Below, one piece after another: positions 23,901 through 36,296 of a stretch of 64,000 nucleotides of DNA. The stretch comes from Amoebophrya sp. A120 (taxonomy: Eukaryota; Protista; Dinoflagellata), in NCBI GenBank assembly GCA_905178155.1, contig CAJINV010000004.1, positions 9,586,625 through 9,650,624 of the forward strand. The letters run 5' to 3'. A program made the translations under genes and the position numbers. The stretch's first letter is position 1. Each line of letters starts with the position of its first letter. Below the pieces are notes generated by a model. The model worked only from the letters and a program-made list of their open reading frames with translations, did not search any database and was not told where the DNA came from.

Positions 23901-26900
23901 TGCATCACACTAAGAAATTTGAAAATAGTTTTACACACATAATAAACGCGTGCGAGTCAGTGTGACTCTGATCTATACTCAGGTAATGCGTGTTTCCCAT
24001 GACCGCACTCTGGACACGTCCGACGCCTTGATTGTGGACGCTTTGGCCAAGTGCCCCTACGTATCAAATGCAAACATGTCCGGGTGGTCTGGAAGATGGC
24101 AAGACTTGTCATGCATGTTTTGCACGACCCACGATGTCTGTGATGTATGCCCAAGCATCACAGATTTTGTGATGGCTTCCTGATGCTTTTGCTTATACCG
24201 CATGAGAAATGCCCCCTCGTCCGCGAATGAAAAACTGGACTACGACTCTTGGGGCTCACACAATACAGATTTTTTTAGAATCCAAAGTCAGCATCTTCAC
24301 AAGTTCCACTCTTCCAGACCCAGACATGTTGGCATTCGATAGTACGTTTGCGACGGCGTGATGCTGGGGGCCACCCGGACGATATCTGTGAAGCAGTTTT
24401 CCACCTACCCACGGTCGCCCTCTGGCATGGACATGGCCGAGCACTTCTCCCTATCAAATGTAAAAATGTCTGGGTCTGGAAGAATGCAAGTTTGTCATGC
24501 ACATGCTTGTCTCGCGTGACTCTGGAATCTGTCATGCGTGAGCAGGAAAGTAGGCTCTTACCTGTCATGCAAAAACGCAGTTTGTCATGCGGGAAGCGAA
24601 ACACATAGGAGCTCAGAAACTTGTCATGCGTGGCTGCGTAACGCAGTGCGCCTACCACGCACAAACTAGCATTACAAGTTTCCAGACCCAGACATTTTGA
24701 TTTTTGCATTTGATACTCTCACCTGCGGCAGAAGTCGCAGGAGTCCGGCCGCGACGCCACGGTGTCGACCCCACGCGAGGGGTTCCGATCCGGTCGCGCC
24801 GGCCCGTTGGGGTTCCCCCCGGAGATTCGGGAGGCGGACACCAATGCGCGAGAGGTGGACATTTTCCTCGAAGAAGAAAACTTACAAATCACGATCGAGG
24901 TTCTCCCGGGGGAAAATTATGAAAATGCGCAAGAACTCCCCCTCATTTGTCATGCAAAACACCAAATCCATCTATTTGCCCCTTGGGAATGTTAGCATCA
25001 CAGATTGTGGCAGCTGCCCAAACACCACTACATTGCTGTGAAAGTCTGTCATGCAAAGGCTGCACTCTCGCAGGCCCTTCTATTGCTGCTCATGCAATAC
25101 AAACAAGGGGGAGGAGGAGTTGTGCACTGTTATAAAAAGCTTCCAAAGTTCAAGACCTCCGGGGAGTTTCTCTCCTGGCTCCAAGACTGGAGCATATGGC
25201 GTTCTCAAACGTTTACATTCTCAACTGTTACATGAGTTTGTAATGCAAGAATGGCAAAAATGCAATGGTGAAGATTGCGCCTTTTGCATTACAGGTTCGG
25301 CACAGATTTAGATGAAATTTAGCCCTTTGGAAATTTATCATGCGAAGCAACTTGGTGATTGGTAGGGATACTGTTACTGATGAGAGTTTTGCATGACAAA
25401 TCATGTAACAGTTGAGAATGTAACGTTTGAGAACGCCATAGAGCATCCGAGGCGCTTTCGAAGACGTGCATCTGTGGTATGGGACACTCAAACGGTAGTA
25501 CATTCTCAACTTGCAAGAACCGCAACAGTCAAAGGGGCAAGCTTGTTGCTTTCGCAATACAGATTTGGCACAGGTTTAGATGCTTTTTAGGCCTCCGGAC
25601 ATTTGTCATGCGAAGCAGCTTGATCATCTTTTCTTGCGGCTTGCGGTAGTTTTGCATGACATGACAAATTCATGTAACTACAGTTGAGAACATAGCGTTT
25701 GAGAGCTCTACATGCGGCGACCGCTGCTCGTCTCCGTTTTGCACACCGACGCGTTTTATGAAATGTAAAAATGTCTGGGTCTGGAAGAATGCAACTTGTG
25801 ATGCTGCATTTGGATTCCGAATAAAATCTTTATTGCATGAGCAGTAATGGGAAGGTAATTCTTGCTACGCGGAGAGGGCATTTGTCATGCGGGTAGGCAT
25901 CAAGAAGCCCTCAAAAAATCTGTCATGCTAGGGCATGCATCACAGACATCATGGCTCATGCAAAACGTGCATGACAAGTCTCAGAATCTTCCAGACCCAG
26001 ACATTTTTACATTTGATACGTTTCTGCAGCGACTGATGCTGAAGCACGGGTTGCCCGATCCCCACTCGATCTTGAAAATTCCGCAATTCTGCCTGAACTG
26101 TCGAGTGTAACCTGAGTAAAAACGTTCCCACACCAGAGTCAAGATGCGAAATCTGCTATACAAATCCACCAGCTTTGGTTGTTTCGCATGACAAGTTTGC
26201 CTTCGTAGCGTAATCCTGTTTAGCTGGTTCAGAAGCATCACAGATCCAGAGCATCATGCTGATTCCAGCATCACAAATTGCCAAACACGAACAGAAAATG
26301 CTTCTCATGGGGCTCCGCATGAGAAACTAATTTGGCATGCGGATTTGCATGACAGCGCTGGGTTGGAACCGGTTTTACAGAGGATAGGGTGGGGCGGAAG
26401 TTCATCCATTGGAACCTGGATTTGTACCGTTCTTCGCGCTATGAAGTGTAAAAGTATCGTACTCGTATTGCAATCATGCATTACAAATTTTCTTTTGAAG
26501 GCAAATCCGCATTACAAATTCCATTTCTCATGCTAAGGAAATTTGTAATGCAATCACTAGCACTACTAGTACGATGCTTTTGCAGTTCATACGCGCGCGT
26601 TGCCGCCGAGACTGCAGAACGCGGTAGACTCGTCGTTCTGTCCGGACCCGTATCAAATGCAAATATGTCTGGGTCTGGAAGGTTGCAAGACTTGTCATGC
26701 AGATTTTCCATGACCCATGAGGTCTGTAGTGCGGGACCCAGCATGACAGATTCTTTGAGGGCTCTATCATGCCTATACCGCATGACAAACTCGCTCGCAA
26801 CCTGGTCAAAAGAGGACAGCTTTTGGCACTCATGCAAGACAGATTTTTTGCATGATTCAGGTTTAGCATGACAAGTTGCAATCTTCCAGACCCAGACCTA

Positions 26901-29900
26901 TTTGCAGTTGATAACCCCGTGGAAGAGCACACGGTGGTGTACCTGTGTCCCTCGCATTGCGGGCAGTACTACAGTATCAAATGCAAAAATGTCTGGGTCG
27001 GGGAGATTTCCAGACTTGTCATGCATATTTTCCATGACCCATGACGTCTGTGATGCATGCCGTAGCATCGCAGCTTTTTAGAGCGCTTTGCGATAGTACC
27101 TCTACAGCATGAGAAATGCCCTCTCCGCGTACTAGCACAAACTGGAGTCCTCTTGCTGGTCATGCAATACAAATTTTTTCAGAATCCAGAGACAGCATCA
27201 CAAGTTTAGAATGTTCCAGACGACCCAGACATATTTGCAATGCATATACAGCTGTTCACCGAAGTCGCACCAACTGAAGCAGAACACAAATTTTGTGCAG
27301 TACATGCACGATCTGGTATGTGATATTTCTGGACCACTTTGGGTTTATTTCTGACTTGATTCATCGTAGTCGTACGACCAAATTCGAACTACTGTTCACG
27401 ATAAACTGTACTATAGTGACATTGAGCACAAATTTCTTTTTCAGATCGACGGCAAAATCGCCGCTCCCCCACTGGAGCCCTTCCGCACGAACGGGGGGGA
27501 CCATCTACTTAGTGGTGCCCAACAAGTAGATATCCCACGACAAAAGTGTTACAGTTACACACTTGCTGTCAATTCAGCAACACAAATTTTCTTCGTATGA
27601 ATGCAATGCAAAGATGAAGATCATAAGGGAAAACACGTATGGAACGAGGCTCAAAAGCATTTCTGGCATGACAGAGGTTGTCTGTCATGCTGGGCCTACA
27701 ACACAAGAATGTGTAACTGTATCACTTTTTTCTTCGCATAGTAGAGCCACCTCTGGAAAAGCCCGTCATCGACGAAGAAACTCTCGACGACGTCGCAAAC
27801 TATCAAATGCAAAAATGTCTGGGTCTGGAGGAAACTTGTGATGCTAAAAGTGAATGGTAGACGGACTGCAATACGCAGCTATGCATGACAATTTTTTTGG
27901 CTCCCATGTCTTACGTATTCCGCATGGCAAACTGCGTTTTTGCATGACAGGTAAGAGGGCCTTTTCGTGCCTATGCAACACAGATTCTCAAGTCATGCCA
28001 GACAAGTGACAAACTTGCATTCTTCCAGACCCAGACATTTTTACAGTTGATACAAACTCCACCTTTCTGAAACTCCCCTCCGGCCGCATGGCGGGCGATC
28101 GCCGAATCCCCTTGGTGATTTGGGGCAAGATCCGCCTGTATCAAATGCAAAAATGTCTGGGTCTGGAAACTTGTGATGCTGGGTGGCGTCTCACGATGAG
28201 GCCACAAGTGCTGGCTTAGCATGACAAGTTTCTGAGCTCTGTAGGTGTTGCCTATTCTGCATGACAAACTGCGTTTCCGCATCACAGTAAAACGGAGCTC
28301 TTGGGTAACGTGCATGACAGATTTAAAGAGTCATGCCAGACAAGCATGACAAACATGCATTCTTCCAGACCCAGACATTTTTACATTTGATAGCCTGCAG
28401 CCGAAGGGACGGGACGAGGTGCTGGAGGAGAACCAGGCAAACCACGGGCGGGTCCAGAAGGCGCACATGCTGTTGACCCGGCAAGCGCTCGGATTAGTGG
28501 TCCCCAAATCCTGCATGTCCGTCGTCCCGAAAGCGAACCGGAAGGAAATGATCGACGCTGGGTTACTCGTATCCTGTGCAAAAGTGTCGTACTAGTATAA
28601 ATTGCATTACAAATTGGCCCAGCATTACAAATGAAATTGAATTTGTAATGCTGATTTGCCTTGAGAAAGAGATTTGTAATGCATAAATGCAATTAGTAGG
28701 AGTGCGATACGTTTGCACTTCATAACTCGCCCTCGACGCGGAGGAGAAGCACCAGTTTTTGAACTATCAACTGCAAAAATGTCTGGGTCCGGAAGAGCCG
28801 GGGATTGTCATGCACATTTTGCATGACCCGTGAGGTCTGTGATGCTGGTGCTAGCATCACAGATTTTTTGAGAGGTTGTTGATGCTAATCACGCATGAGA
28901 AATGTCCTCTCCGCGTGCCAAGAGCTGACTCCTCTTGCTGCTCATGCAACACAGATATTTCTAGAACTAGATGAATCCGCAGACAGCATTAAGTACAAGT
29001 TTCAATCTTCCAGACCCGGGCATTTCTGCATTTGATATGAACGACGAGGAGATCAAAGACCAGGACCAGGATAGCGAGCTCAAGTTCGGGGTATCCTGTG
29101 CAAAAGTATCGTACTCGTATTGCAGTCATGCATTACAAATCTTTTCCTTAAACCAAAATCCGCATTACAAATTTTATTTCTCATGCTGAGAAAATAATTT
29201 GTAATGCATTTATACGAGTACGATTTACTTTTGCAATGCATACGGGGAGAACATCAGCAACGTGCGGAACAAGAACAGCAAACTCCTCGAAGAGTTATCA
29301 AATGCAAAAATGTCTGGCTCTGGAAACTTGTAATGCTAAAATGTGCAAGAGGAAAACACTTCCTTATGCAGAAAAGCATGACAAGTTTGCAGAACGCTTG
29401 CCCATTCGAAGTCCGCATGAGAAACTGCGTTTTTGTATGACATGAGAGGCTACCACTTTTGTTGGTCACGCAATACAGATTTCACAGGAATTCAAGACCA
29501 GCATGACAAGTTACATCCACCTTCCAGACCCAGACATTTTTGCAATCCATAAGAGTCGAAGAACTACAAACCCCAGCCGTTGATGATTCTTGGCACTTTA
29601 TCCTGAGTAAAAACGTCCCCACACCAGAGTTGTAATGCAGATCCGCAAAGACAGGAAGACTTGTAATGCGCATCCCTATGAGACCCATTTCTTATCGTGT
29701 TTTGGAATTTGTGATGCTGTGAACAGGATGAGCAGATGAATCTGTGACGCGGCTGCACTTGCTAACCTGCACTACACTGCATAGTGCAACTTGTCATGCG
29801 TGACTCACAAAGCTCCTAGGTTTGTGTTGCAAAATCCTCATCCTGACTCTAGTGTGGGTACGCTTTTACTCAGGATACACTTTATCCCGCGTGCTCGATG

Positions 29901-30937
29901 TGAACATGAAGAATTTGAGGCTGGGGCTGCAGATCCGGCAGCCGCAGGAGGACACGCTGCTGTTCTGGATCATGAGTGATTACGCAAGAGTGTCCGTTAT
30001 GGGCCCGGACGAGGAAGATTTAGACTTGATGGACCGGCTCGGGAAGGACGAGGCCACCGTGATTGACGAAGATCGGGAGCGGTTTCTGGACATTTGCGAA
30101 AAGCTCCAAGCCATGAACGGCCGACGGGTTTCGCAGGAGGGGTGGTACGAAACGCTCCGGGCGCAGGTGGTGGAGTGCCAGCTACGCCCCACGGAGACGC
30201 TGGACGGGTTGCTGCAGGTAACCGAACCCTGCCCGAACAAGTGCGGGATGCGGATCGACAAGCTCTACTTGGCCAGGAGGAGATTGCACTTGTACCAGGA
30301 GTGCAACGTGCAGGCGGCGAAAAACATGCTGTCCGCGGCGATTCTGCGCAGTACAACCAGTGGAACAAACAGTACTGGAAATAAAATGAACGCGGCGCCG
30401 GTGATCTGCCCCCCGGCAACCTCCGAGTCGGTCCGGCAGCAGATCAAGCAGCAGTTGCCAAACCCACCGCTCTATGCATTGCAAATATGTCTGGGTCTGG
30501 ATGAGTGGAAGATTTGTCATGCACATTTTGCGTGACTCATAAATCTGTGATGCATGCCGTAGCATGACAGGTCGTTTTGTGAGGGCTTCCTAATGTTGCC
30601 TATACCGCATGAGAAATATCCCCTACTCGTAGCAGCTAATAGAATCCTGTTTCTGCCCATGCAATACAGATTTTTTCAGAATCGAAAGGCAGCATCACAA
30701 GTTCGCATCCGTCCAGATTCAGACCCAGACAGTTTTGCATTTGATACGCTCTACCCCCTGACGACCGAGCAGGAGATGCTGGCGGCAGCGACGGTGTTGC
30801 AGCAAAACGCGATGAATCGGCAACGGGAGGAGGAGTTTCTGCTGTATCGGAAGGAGCAGGAGACGCAGCGGCAGGTGTTCAAATCCACCCGGTTCGAGGA
30901 CGAGGAGGACGAGGTGGAGCCGATCTATTACAACTAG
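20988..30937 (+). CDS. Large hypothetical protein; 29 exons (26 introners plus GT-AG introns 23742-23982 and 27316-27444)
   Basis: Manual removal of each element plus one DR gives one stop-free frame from ATG 20988 to TAG 30937. No family recognised; Cys motifs CLNC, CPSHCG, CPNKCG...HLYQEC. Confidence 0.85.
21595..21855. mobile_element. Introner family A
   Basis: TIRs; DR CTCCA. Confidence 0.9.
21927..22057. mobile_element. Introner family I (TIR TAYTCCCKGAAAACTAAG)
   Basis: TIRs; DR GGATC. Confidence 0.85.
22104..22370. mobile_element. Introner family D (TIR TATGGCGTTCTCAA)
   Basis: TIRs; DR TTGAC. Confidence 0.9.
22464..22722. mobile_element. Introner family A
   Basis: TIRs (right end CATT); DR TCCGT. 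Confidence 0.88.
22762..23072. mobile_element. Introner family E (TIR TATNNNNAGGAAAAATCCCCC)
   Basis: TIRs; DR TTTGA. Confidence 0.9.
23107..23329. mobile_element. Introner family C
   Basis: TIRs; DR GCGGA. Confidence 0.9.
23364..23640. mobile_element. Introner family A
   Basis: TIRs; DR AACCG/AACCC. Confidence 0.85.
24062..24341. mobile_element. Introner family A
   Basis: TIRs; DR CTACG/GTACG. Confidence 0.85.
24452..24715. mobile_element. Introner family A
   Basis: TIRs; DR CTCCC/CTCTC. Confidence 0.88.
24918..25134. mobile_element. Introner family C (diverged)
   Basis: TIRs; DR AAAAT/AAAAG. Confidence 0.82.
25195..25440. mobile_element. Introner family D
   Basis: TIRs; DR GAGCA. Confidence 0.9.
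25478..25712. mobile_element. Introner family D (diverged)
   Basis: TIRs; DR TGTGG/TGCGG. Confidence 0.82.
25757..26018. mobile_element. Introner family A
   Basis: TIRs; DR CGTTT. Confidence 0.9.
26108..26386. mobile_element. Introner family F (TIR TATCCTGAGTAAAA)
   Basis: TIRs; DR GAGTG/GGGTG. Confidence 0.82.
26440..26591. mobile_element. Introner family B
   Basis: TIRs; DR CGCGC. Confidence 0.9.
26651..26913. mobile_element. Introner family A
   Basis: TIRs; DR ACCCG/ACCCC. Confidence 0.9.
26975..27246. mobile_element. Introner family A
   Basis: TIRs; DR TACAG. Confidence 0.9.
27531..27740. mobile_element. Introner family G (diverged)
   Basis: Imperfect TIRs TATCCCACGACAAAAGTG / CACTTTTTTCTTCGCATA; DR GTAGA. 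Confidence 0.78.
27801..28052. mobile_element. Introner family A
   Basis: TIRs; DR CAAAC. Confidence 0.9.
28139..28392. mobile_element. Introner family A
   Basis: TIRs; DR GCCTG; close copy of 4902-5153. Confidence 0.9.
28570..28724. mobile_element. Introner family B
   Basis: TIRs; DR ACTCG. Confidence 0.9.
28765..29037. mobile_element. Introner family A
   Basis: TIRs; DR TGAAC. Confidence 0.9.
29092..29242. mobile_element. Introner family B
   Basis: TIRs; DR CGGGG. Confidence 0.9.
29296..29551. mobile_element. Introner family A
   Basis: TIRs; DR AGAGT. Confidence 0.9.
29599..29877. mobile_element. Introner family F
   Basis: TIRs; DR CACTT. Confidence 0.9.
30473..30746. mobile_element. 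Introner family A
   Basis: TIRs; DR CGCTC. Confidence 0.9.
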
Positions 30938-31840
30938 GGAGGACGTCGAGCAGCTGATGCTTTCTTCACACGACCACTTCAACCTGACGAGAGAAATTTG
31001 ATTTCCAAGAATTATGGCACAGATTGAACAGATTTTCACTTCTATAAATATGACCACTTCAGCTCGATCACAAACACAATCACTTGACAGTTTGTAAGCA
31101 AGAACGCTCAACAGAAGAATGTGAATGGGGTTATGGGTTAGGTTAACTACGAGAGAGGTCACGATGGTACAATGGCGGATGCAGAACCAAGTATTCCTTC
31201 TAGCAAGTGTAACATCTACGATTACGATTATGCACAATTCGAAGTTCAATTTGATCTTTTCTTATTCTTTTCTTGACACGTAAAAACAATCTACCTTTGA
31301 CAATTTCTATAGCATCAATTTCCAGGTTTTGAATCGATCGAGAATAGCAGGAAGGTTCTTCAGCGTTTTGTTTTTAGGTTATTATCAATGTACATTAGTC
31401 GCTTGGATGGTGAGGCATTCTTTCATACTGTACAAAAAAATTTTCGTTTGAGCAATTCACTGGGCAGACGCATTTTAATATCTCTCTGTGTTGGCATTAC
31501 ACTAAAATTTTGTTGGATAAATGAAAACTCGGCGGTGTGTGGCTCGTATTGTTCAGCGGCATTGTTTTCGCCTCTTCTTCAAAGAATGGAAGCGCGAGGA
31601 TCGATTTTTTTTATTGGCGACGTCGAGGAGGTCTCAGATCTCGCATTGGTGTAGTTACCAATCGCAGTAAGCAGATGCCATTGCAGCTCTGTCCTTTTTT
31701 ACTTTGCCTCACAGGCTGACTAAGGAGCTACGATGGGATCGGTTGGTGACGAACGCTTTTTGGTTTTGACGTATCGAAATCCACGCTAATTTTTTAACAA
31801 TCTGCAAGTGGTTTTTCCGTTCGCTGCAAACTATACCATT

Positions 31841-34800
31841 ATGATGTCGGACTTCTGGGAGACCACCTTACCAGCGGAAGTTCTCCTTCCCATCTGTAAA
31901 TTTCTCTGCACGAAAGACATTCTCCACCTGGAGCTCTCCGGCAAATGGTTCAGCCGGGTCCCCTCCGAGGTCCGCCGGCGCATCTGGTACACGAAGGCGG
32001 AGCAGGTTTGCGGTGTGTGGCTGGATTTCTTAAAAGAGAGCGATCTTCATGTCGCTCCTGCATCAAGAATTGCCGCGTTGGTAGGAGCAACTACTTCTCG
32101 GGAAGGAGATTTTCATTTTGGAAACACGTCCTCCTCCACCCGTACATTTCCTTCTCCGCAAATAAAGCTCGAGCAACTGATCGCGAAAGTCGATGAAAGC
32201 GCTTTCAAGTACTTGGCGTTACTGTCCGACCGCCGTTATCCTGTGCAAAAGTATTCTACTCGTATTGCAATCATGCATTGCAAATCTTAAACTTAATCTT
32301 TCTCTTAAGGTGCATCAGCATCACAAATTTCATGTCTCATGCTGAGGGAATTTGTCATGCATTTATACGAGTGCGATACTTTTGCAGTTCATAGCCGTCG
32401 GGTGAACGCAACAAGGAGGGAGGTAGCACTGCAGTTGCATGGAAGCACTTCTACTACGGAGAATGGTGCAGAGGATGTTGACGCAGGAGACGCAAGTCCC
32501 TCGTCATTAAATATCGCCGGCGAGGAAATTCGCTGGTGCGCGGCGGAGGAAGATGAAAATAGACCAACTTCTGGTCGATCAGTCGCACAACAACTCCCAC
32601 ACTCGGTTTTGCTGGAGGAATTTGCGAATGGGCTGGAAGCAAAGCTTGGACGTGCCAAAGTAGTACACGACGACAGCAGAGCAGGTACGAGAGGACCTCC
32701 TGCAGGACCGCTACGACCTTCATCTCCTTGTCCTTCTGAAGTAGATGAAGAAAATGCTACGAACGACGCTATCCGCCGCTCCCTTATCCACACGCTGCGA
32801 TGCCGCGCGATGGAGGTCGCGGCGATGGAAGGGCAGTTTCCCGCGCAGGAGGTGCTGCATTTTTCCCAAGCACTAAAGGACATCTTCACGGTCTACTGCG
32901 ACCCAGCGTTCAATTTGGCCACCGCGTTTGAAGTGACGCAGACAGAAAATATTAGAGCGAACGGGAAAATGAACTACAGAGAAGGACGTGATCGTCTTCA
33001 TGCTGGACACCAGCAAGGAAACGAGAATACTCTCGAGGAAAGCGAGGATGTGAGGACGCAACTAGACCGGCTGCAGTACGAGGTCTCAGAGCCGTGTATT
33101 CTGGAGTGGGTAGACGGACCAGCGTCGATGCCGGTGCAGTTGAAGGTCGGATGTACTGTCCGAGCCGTGTATAGTAACGGCAGCTCGTCATCCAGGCGGA
33201 ACAATACCTGGGAGAGATTCTACGGAGCAAGTGAAGATGCAGCTACTCTAGACGTAGATCTAGAAGCAGACGTTGAAAAATACGAGGAAGAAATACACGG
33301 CACTTCTACGTCGACATGTGGCTCCTTCGAGAAGGAGAGGAAAAAATATGCCGACACTTTTCTGTACCAGGCTTGGAGCTTTCTGCTCCACGATGAAGAA
33401 GACGAGATGGTTGTGAGGCACGTAGCTGGAAACAATTCGACCTTCGCGGACGAGAGCAGCTGCTCGGTTGCAGCTCGAGACAGACACAGACGAAGTTTCG
33501 ATGGCGATGACATATTCTCAGACGAGGATGCTGAAGAGGGTGCGACGTATGAAGACGATGAGAAGAAAGTTGCGGTTCTTCCGGACGGTGATGGGTTGAT
33601 AAATGAAGAGCCGAAAATTGTCCGCCACCAGGTCGACAGTCACAGTTGCTCCGAAACAAACGCAACACTCAGGCGCCAGCGGTGGGAGCGAGAGAAGCTG
33701 GAATTCTCGCAAATCATGTTCGAGCTCTTCTGTAGCAGCGACGAGCCTGACGCGGTCAGCGTGGGCGGGACGAGTGCGACAGACGAAAAGAAGGTTGAGG
33801 AAGATAAAGTTTCAAAAACAGCCACTCCTCGTACACCAGAAGTCGGCATCAATGACGCTGCTGCGATGAGCCCCGCAACAAGGCGCAAAGTACTAGAAGA
33901 AGGTGTCTTCGTCTCACCAAAAAGCCGTTTCTCTTCGCCAGGAGAGAGATCGACACAAGACGAAGTCTTTTGGTCACCGGTTTCCACCAGCAACGCGGAA
34001 GAGCCTCGACTTGAGTCGCCGGAGTCAAAGAACACAGAAGATGACCCTAATAGAAAAGATACGGAGCCTCCTCGCGAAACACTGCCCCAGCCACACGTTG
34101 GTCCTGTTTCATGGGCCGCAACACGAGACGAGCAGGGGGGCCGATCGCCCGTTCTTGCGTCCACTGCAGGAGCGGTAGAGGACGAGGAGGAGGAGGCTCC
34201 TGTGGGGCTTGCTAATAAAAGTAAAACCGAGACGAGTGCAGATTCCGCATCCACCAACAGCAACAATCTTGAAGATATTGACCCTCCCACAACAAGAACC
34301 TCCGACTGCTCTACCACCCGCGCGAGGACCAGCTCGCTTTCAAAGTCCCTGGGCTTCGAAGTTGGCGACGAGAAATCGGTAGAAACGTTTCTCAGCCACG
34401 TGCAGGCGTGCTCGTTCCGCGATAACTTGCTCTCCAGATGCGAACGAAACCTCGAGTTCACGTTCTCCCTCGCACTGGACGAAGGCGGGCAGAGCACCTG
34501 GGCGCGGCACTGGGACCGCCAGGACTGCCAGTACGATGTGTTTCTCCTAGTCTCCGGACGCGGGGCACCACCCGTGGTCGTAGGCCGCCGCGGTCACGCT
34601 CCGGCCGAACGAAGTGGTACTACTAGCTCCTTTGCGGATCACCAAACCTCGATGGAGGCAACGCAACTACCGCGACTGCACATGTTCCACGGCTCGAACT
34701 ACGGTGTGATGCGCGCGTCGAGCCTGTTGACCCAGGAGAGCGGGCTGGTGCGGGTGCAGGTACCGGAATCGCTGCTGTTCCCGAATTCCGTCGCCGGCCG

Positions 34801-35728
34801 GGTGTCCTTTTCGCGGACGGTCTTGCGGTCGAGTGCATTGTTCACGAAAAAGGATTTGGTGGAGGTGCTGCTGGCGGTGAAGCGAAGCGGATTTTCTTGT
34901 TTGCAGCACGATTTTATTGATATTGTGGATTCAGACCAAGACGAAGAAACTAGCAAGCGTGTAGCTTCTCTTGCACCGGCAGCAGACGTCGAACTGGGAG
35001 CTGCAGCAGCAGGTTCTTGCAGTACTCCTTCTAAAAAGCTAGCTGCACGACCAGGAGAGAAGGCTACGACAGATCATGATGCAAACCGCGAAGACACCAC
35101 GATCAGAAAGTTGGTCGATCTCGTTGAGAAACGGAGATGGAGCAGCGCTGCAGTGTCAACATCTGCTGACGACATCGATACAACCACAGCGCGGCCACTT
35201 CCTGCCGTCTCGTCGCTGAAGAAACAGATTTTGCAGCAGGCCATGCGACTACAAACAAGGTGGGAGGAAACGCTGCGGGACAACATTATTCATTCAGGCA
35301 CCAGGAAACGAGGGCGCAAGAGCAAGACCGCGACCGCCGGTGAAGTAGACCGTGCTGACACTACAACTGGAGTTGTGCAAGAAGTCACAGGTGAAGGATC
35401 ATCTATCGCGGCACTCAACATGGATTATACCAGGCCTGCGGTCGTGTCAGAAAGGGACGTCGTGGTGCAAGAGGACCCGAACACCGTCCGTGGTGCTCGC
35501 GGTTTAATACCGCCGGAGGTTCAGGTCGCTGCGAATGTTCCGCAGAACAAAGCAGGGCCATCACCTGAGGTCGTCCAACAAACAAGCGTTCTCCGGGCGC
35601 TGGTCCGCGTCCACGCCCTAAACGCGAGACCGCGCTGGATTCCGCTCGATTTGCAGCCCTTTGTCACCACCGCGAAAGTGGATGATTGGGTGCCGGATAG
35701 CACGACCGATATATTCAGGATGGACTGA
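31841..35728 (+). CDS. F-box domain protein
   Basis: N-terminal LPAEVLLPICKFLCTKDILHLELSGKWF fits the F-box consensus; introner 32237-32393 joins it to the 1129-aa ORF. Confidence 0.75.
32237..32393. mobile_element. Introner family B
   Basis: TIRs; DR GCCGT. Confidence 0.9.
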
Positions 35729-35890
35729 AGATGAAACTGAAGTTTTCGTTGTGCCAAGCGGTTGATGTGTCACTGGTCTTCTGGAGGACGATCTGATGGA
35801 GATGAGCATGAACTTGCTGAACGAAGGTGGTCTACTTCGACCGCCCTCGTTGGCGAGACGAATCATGAAACGCTGGGCATTTTTGGAGGT

Positions 35891-36296
35891 AATAAAAATA
35901 AAATTTTGGAATTTCGCGGATTTGTGTTCACAATAAAAATAAAATTTTCAAATTTCGCGGATTTTGAGACAAAAGCAGTGCGGACCCTCTAGAATTTAGG
36001 GCATAACACAGTCTCCAGTATTGTCCTGCTCGTCTTTATTAATTTTGAGTGCCGGACATGCAATAAAAATAAAATTTTAAAATTTCGCGGATTTTGCTCA
36101 CCAATAAAAAATAAAAATTGAAGTTGACAGCCATTCTAAAGGTATTGGCAGTGGTCGCAGTGAGATATATGCATGTAGGTGGTAAGAAAGGTGGTGTATG
36201 ATGCCACGTTGATCCCATGTTGATAGTCAGTCTACCCATTTGCAATTTTCCTTTGTTTGTCCGCAATAAAAATAAAATTTTGAAATTTCGCGGATT
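35891..36296. repeat. Four copies of a ~33-bp motif CAATAAAAATAAAATTTTNAAATTTCGCGGATT
   Basis: Copies start near 35891, 35931, 36061 and 36264; a partial copy lies at 36102. Confidence 0.85.

Noticed and set aside
21595-30746. CRISPR-like alternation of repeats and short unique spacers
   Set aside because: The repeats are 130-310 bp TIR elements of several families, the spacers are in-frame exons, and there are no cas genes.
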